Assembly (NCBI GenBank): GCA_038534095.1 | Contig: JBCAXK010000004.1 | Location: 8,397-72,396, forward strand | Length of the DNA stretch: 64,000 nt | Reading direction: 5' to 3' | Source of the DNA: Chlamydiota bacterium | Lineage (GTDB): Bacteria; Chlamydiota; Chlamydiia; Chlamydiales; SM23-39 | Part shown: positions 60,990-64,000 of the stretch, piece by piece | Layout: each line of letters begins with the position of its first letter | Numbering within the stretch: the first letter of the stretch is position 1 | The notes under the pieces: generated by a model | Seen by the model: the letters and a program-made list of their open reading frames with translations, nothing else | What the model was told of the DNA's origin: nothing | Databases searched by the model: none | Translations under genes and position numbers: made by a program

Positions 60990-62888
60990 GTGTTTCTGAA
61001 ATACTTACCTCATGTAGATCACATCAAAACTTGGACGCTTGCTGAACTTTCTTTGCTTGCAGAGGAGATCCGTCAAGAAATCATTTCTGTACTTTCTGTC
61101 AATGGCGGGCATCTATCTTCGAATTTAGGTACTGTTGAGCTTAGCATTGCTCTGCACTACGTATTTTTTTCCCCAAAAGATCGTTTTATTTTTGATGTGA
61201 GTCACCAAACATATCCCCATAAACTACTCACAGGACGGCTCGAGAAATTTTCTACGATTCGTCAGTTTGCTGGTCTTTGCGGTTTTGCAGACCCTTCAGA
61301 GTCTTCTCATGACCACTTTTATGCAGGACATGCCGGAACTGCGTTATCGCTAGCTTTGGGAGCGGCTCACGGGAGAGATTTGCAAAACGAACCACATCAC
61401 GTAATTCCGATTTTGGGCGACGCCGCCCTGACTTGTGGCGTCACATTAGAAGCTCTCAACAATATCCCAAAAGATTTGAAAAAGTTCATCGTTGTGCTCA
61501 ATGACAATAAAATGTCGATTTCAGAAAATGTGGGCAACATCACAGGAATTTTAAGCCGTCTGATCAATCATCCGATCTCCAATAAGCTCTACCACGATCT
61601 CCAAGCCCTTTTAGGGAAAATCCCAGGTTGCGGAGAAAATTTAGCCAAGCAAGGGCAAAAGCTGACTGAATCGATGAAAAATCTCGTATCTCCTGCCGTC
61701 TTTTTTGAGCAATTTGGTTTAGATTATGTCGGCCCAATTGATGGGCACGACTTAGGGAAACTCGTAACCACCTTCCGAGCGATACAAAATACTGATAGAC
61801 CGGTCCTATTGCATGTGATGACTACAAAAGGGAAAGGGATGCCGATCGCTTCTGAAAACCCCACCTCCTACCATGGGGTCAAACCTTTTGATACAGAAAG
61901 TGGTCTTTTCCTGGAGACAGCCAAACCTAAAATCACCTTCCCAAAAGCCTTTGGGAAAAAGCTATTGGACATGGCAGAAAAATCGACACGTATTGTAGCG
62001 ATCACCCCTGCGATGCCTGCTGGCTCTTGCCTCACGCAGTTCATGAAGCAGTACCCTGAGCGTTGCTTTGATGTGGGAATCGCAGAAAGCCATAGCGTCA
62101 CGTTTGCTGGAGGGATCGCCAAGGATCTCCGTTTGAAAGTCTACATGGTGATCTACGCCACCTTCTTACAAAGAGCTTTAGACAATCTGTTCCACGATGT
62201 CTGTTTGCAATCTTTGCCGGTAGTATTTGCTATTGACAGGGCGTTCATTTCAGGTCCTGACGGCAGTACCCATCATGGAATCTATGATCTTGGTTTCCTT
62301 TACGCGATGCCCCATCTGATTGTTGCGCAACCAAGGTCAAAGGCGCTTCTTGAAGAACTCTTGGACGAGAGCTTGTCGTGGACAAAGCCTGCTGCGATCC
62401 GCTATCCCAATTTACCAGCAACGAGCCTTGCGCTCGATCGGGACCGGGAAAAACAACCAAGACCGATTGGTCAGGGGGAAATCCTTGCGGAAGGAAGCGA
62501 CGTTCTTCTCATTAGTCTGGGTCATATGTGTGAAACAGCTTTTGCGGTGAAAGAGCTCCTTGCGAAAGAGGGGCAAAGCTGCGCGATTGTCGATCCTATC
62601 TACATAAAACCTTTAGATGAATCACTATTTTTACGCCTTTTTCGTCAGCATAACCGGGTTGTTGTGATCGAAGAGCACGCCTCTTTAACGGGATTATCTT
62701 CCATCCTATCGAGTTTTCTACTAAAACATCAGTTTACCGATATTCACCTTCTTTCTTTTGGGGTGCCGGATGAGTTTGTTCCGCATGGACAAAGAGAGAA
62801 GCTTCTCCATGCAATCGGCTTAACTCCCTTACAAATTGCAGAAAAAATCTTGAAGCATTTCTGCTGGAACGAAATAGCCATCTTATGA
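60990..62888 (+). CDS. dxs: 1-deoxy-D-xylulose-5-phosphate synthase
   Basis: GGHLSSNLG, DVSHQ.YPHK, GDAALT.G..LEALN, NDN.MSI, GPIDGHD, DVGIAE, FLQRA.D, GPDGSTHHG. Confidence 0.96.
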   Translation: MFLKYLPHVDHIKTWTLAELSLLAEEIRQEIISVLSVNGGHLSSNLGTVELSIALHYVFFSPKDRFIFDVSHQTYPHKLLTGRLEKFSTIRQFAGLCGFADPSESSHDHFYAGHAGTALSLALGAAHGRDLQNEPHHVIPILGDAALTCGVTLEALNNIPKDLKKFIVVLNDNKMSISENVGNITGILSRLINHPISNKLYHDLQALLGKIPGCGENLAKQGQKLTESMKNLVSPAVFFEQFGLDYVGPIDGHDLGKLVTTFRAIQNTDRPVLLHVMTTKGKGMPIASENPTSYHGVKPFDTESGLFLETAKPKITFPKAFGKKLLDMAEKSTRIVAITPAMPAGSCLTQFMKQYPERCFDVGIAESHSVTFAGGIAKDLRLKVYMVIYATFLQRALDNLFHDVCLQSLPVVFAIDRAFISGPDGSTHHGIYDLGFLYAMPHLIVAQPRSKALLEELLDESLSWTKPAAIRYPNLPATSLALDRDREKQPRPIGQGEILAEGSDVLLISLGHMCETAFAVKELLAKEGQSCAIVDPIYIKPLDESLFLRLFRQHNRVVVIEEHASLTGLSSILSSFLLKHQFTDIHLLSFGVPDEFVPHGQREKLLHAIGLTPLQIAEKILKHFCWNEIAIL

Positions 62889-63742
62889 TCATTGCTATCT
62901 TCCCCAATCACCACTTCAAAGAGTCTTTTCAGCTCGCAGAAAAGATCTACGCATTTTTGAAAAAAAAGCAGATCACAGTGATTGCTGAAGAGCCTGTCGC
63001 AAAAAAACTGGGCTGCAAATCGCTACAAGAGATTCCCATCAAAGAGGTCGATTTTCTGATCGCTATGGGAGGCGATGGCACCATTTTACGCCTTTTCAAT
63101 CAATACCACACAAAAAAAGCGGCTATTTTAGGGATCAATCTAGGCCATTTAGGGTTCATGGCCGATATCCCAGTTGCCGAAATCTTTCTCGCTTTGGAAG
63201 ACCTGTTAAATGGGATGTACACCGTTCATAAGCGGATCGTCTTAACCTGCATTTCACCAGCGAAGGAAGAGTATACAGCGGTCAATGACGTCGTGTTGCA
63301 CCGAAGTCACAATCAAGGTTTGATCGAAATTTCTATCTCGGTGAGTGGTATGTACATGAACACCTACATTGCAGATGGGATCATTGTAGCGACTCCAAAC
63401 GGTTCTACTGCCTACTCCCTTGCTGCCGGAGGTCCTATTTTAAGTCCTAGCGTAGATGCTTTGGTGATCACACCCATCTGCGCCCATACCATTTCCAATC
63501 GGCCATTTGTCCTTACAGCCAAGCACACACTTACCATAAAATGCGCCTCTTGCAAGGAGCCGGTCGAAGTGAGCGCTGATGGATTAAAGCGCTTTACGAT
63601 GTCACCTCAGGAAGAGATTTCAATCATGAAATCGAAAGAAACATTCCGTTTGGTGAGCCTCACGAAAAGGAAGAATTACTTCGACACTTTGCGAGAAAAG
63701 TTGGGCTGGTCAGGTACTTTGTTCCAAAACTTCAAGAAATAG
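62885..63742 (+). CDS. nadK: NAD+ kinase
   Basis: GGDGT, GINLGHLGF, ND, DGIIVATPNGSTAYSLAAGGP. Confidence 0.95.
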   Translation: MIIAIFPNHHFKESFQLAEKIYAFLKKKQITVIAEEPVAKKLGCKSLQEIPIKEVDFLIAMGGDGTILRLFNQYHTKKAAILGINLGHLGFMADIPVAEIFLALEDLLNGMYTVHKRIVLTCISPAKEEYTAVNDVVLHRSHNQGLIEISISVSGMYMNTYIADGIIVATPNGSTAYSLAAGGPILSPSVDALVITPICAHTISNRPFVLTAKHTLTIKCASCKEPVEVSADGLKRFTMSPQEEISIMKSKETFRLVSLTKRKNYFDTLREKLGWSGTLFQNFKK

Positions 63743-64000
63743 TACATCTAAACAGGCGCTTAGTTGCATGTGGAGATGCTGGGCATCTTCCAAACATTGT
63801 AAGATTTTTGCTATTGCTGCGAGATCTTTTTTGGGCTTTTTTTCGGGCATTTCTTCTGGGAAAAAGTGTTCTGGCTTTTCTAAAAGATCCCGGTACCAGA
63901 GAAAAATGTAGGAAAAAAGTGGTTCTTTTTCCTCATCACTCAACGCAGCAATTTGATGAGAGATTTCTTGGTAGGTAAGATAATCAAAAGATGAAAGCAG
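63710..64000 (-). CDS. C-terminal part of a gene extending beyond the window, probably DNA polymerase III delta' subunit
   Basis: Frame open to the window edge (LLSSFDYLTYQEISHQIAALSDEEKEPLFSYIFLWYRDLL...); W(Y/F)RD motif resembles the HolB C-terminus. Confidence 0.5.
   Translation of the reverse strand: MLSSFDYLTYQEISHQIAALSDEEKEPLFSYIFLWYRDLLEKPEHFFPEEMPEKKPKKDLAAIAKILQCLEDAQHLHMQLSACLDVLFLEVLEQST

Overview
This 64-kb window is a gene-dense bacterial chromosome segment. Its gene content points strongly to an environmental member of the phylum Chlamydiota: a Pkn1-type kinase/FGE-sulfatase fusion, a Lys/Arg-rich histone H1-like protein (Hc2/HctB type), a TLC/NTT-type nucleotide carrier, SET-domain proteins, a TMEM14 protein, class I aldolase and an xseA-xseB-dxs-nadK cluster. 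It holds about 55 CDSs and two CAT-anticodon tRNAs (initiator fMet and a probable elongator Met). Notable items: (1) a eukaryote-type class I cyclic-nucleotide phosphodiesterase with an apparently complete catalytic motif set; (2) a SAMHD1-like HD dNTPase whose gene overlaps an NTT-like carrier; (3) two tandem, translationally coupled SET-domain genes; (4) a sugar porter-xylB-xylA(-fbaB) xylose module; (5) a 28-bp XerC/XerD dif-like site at 9589-9616 inside an AT-rich patch of orphan, effector-like ORFs; (6) a decayed IS630-like transposase and a long imperfect hairpin in the 1-kb gap next to hctB, neither of which appears in the ORF track. All assignments come from motif recognition by eye; no searches were run.
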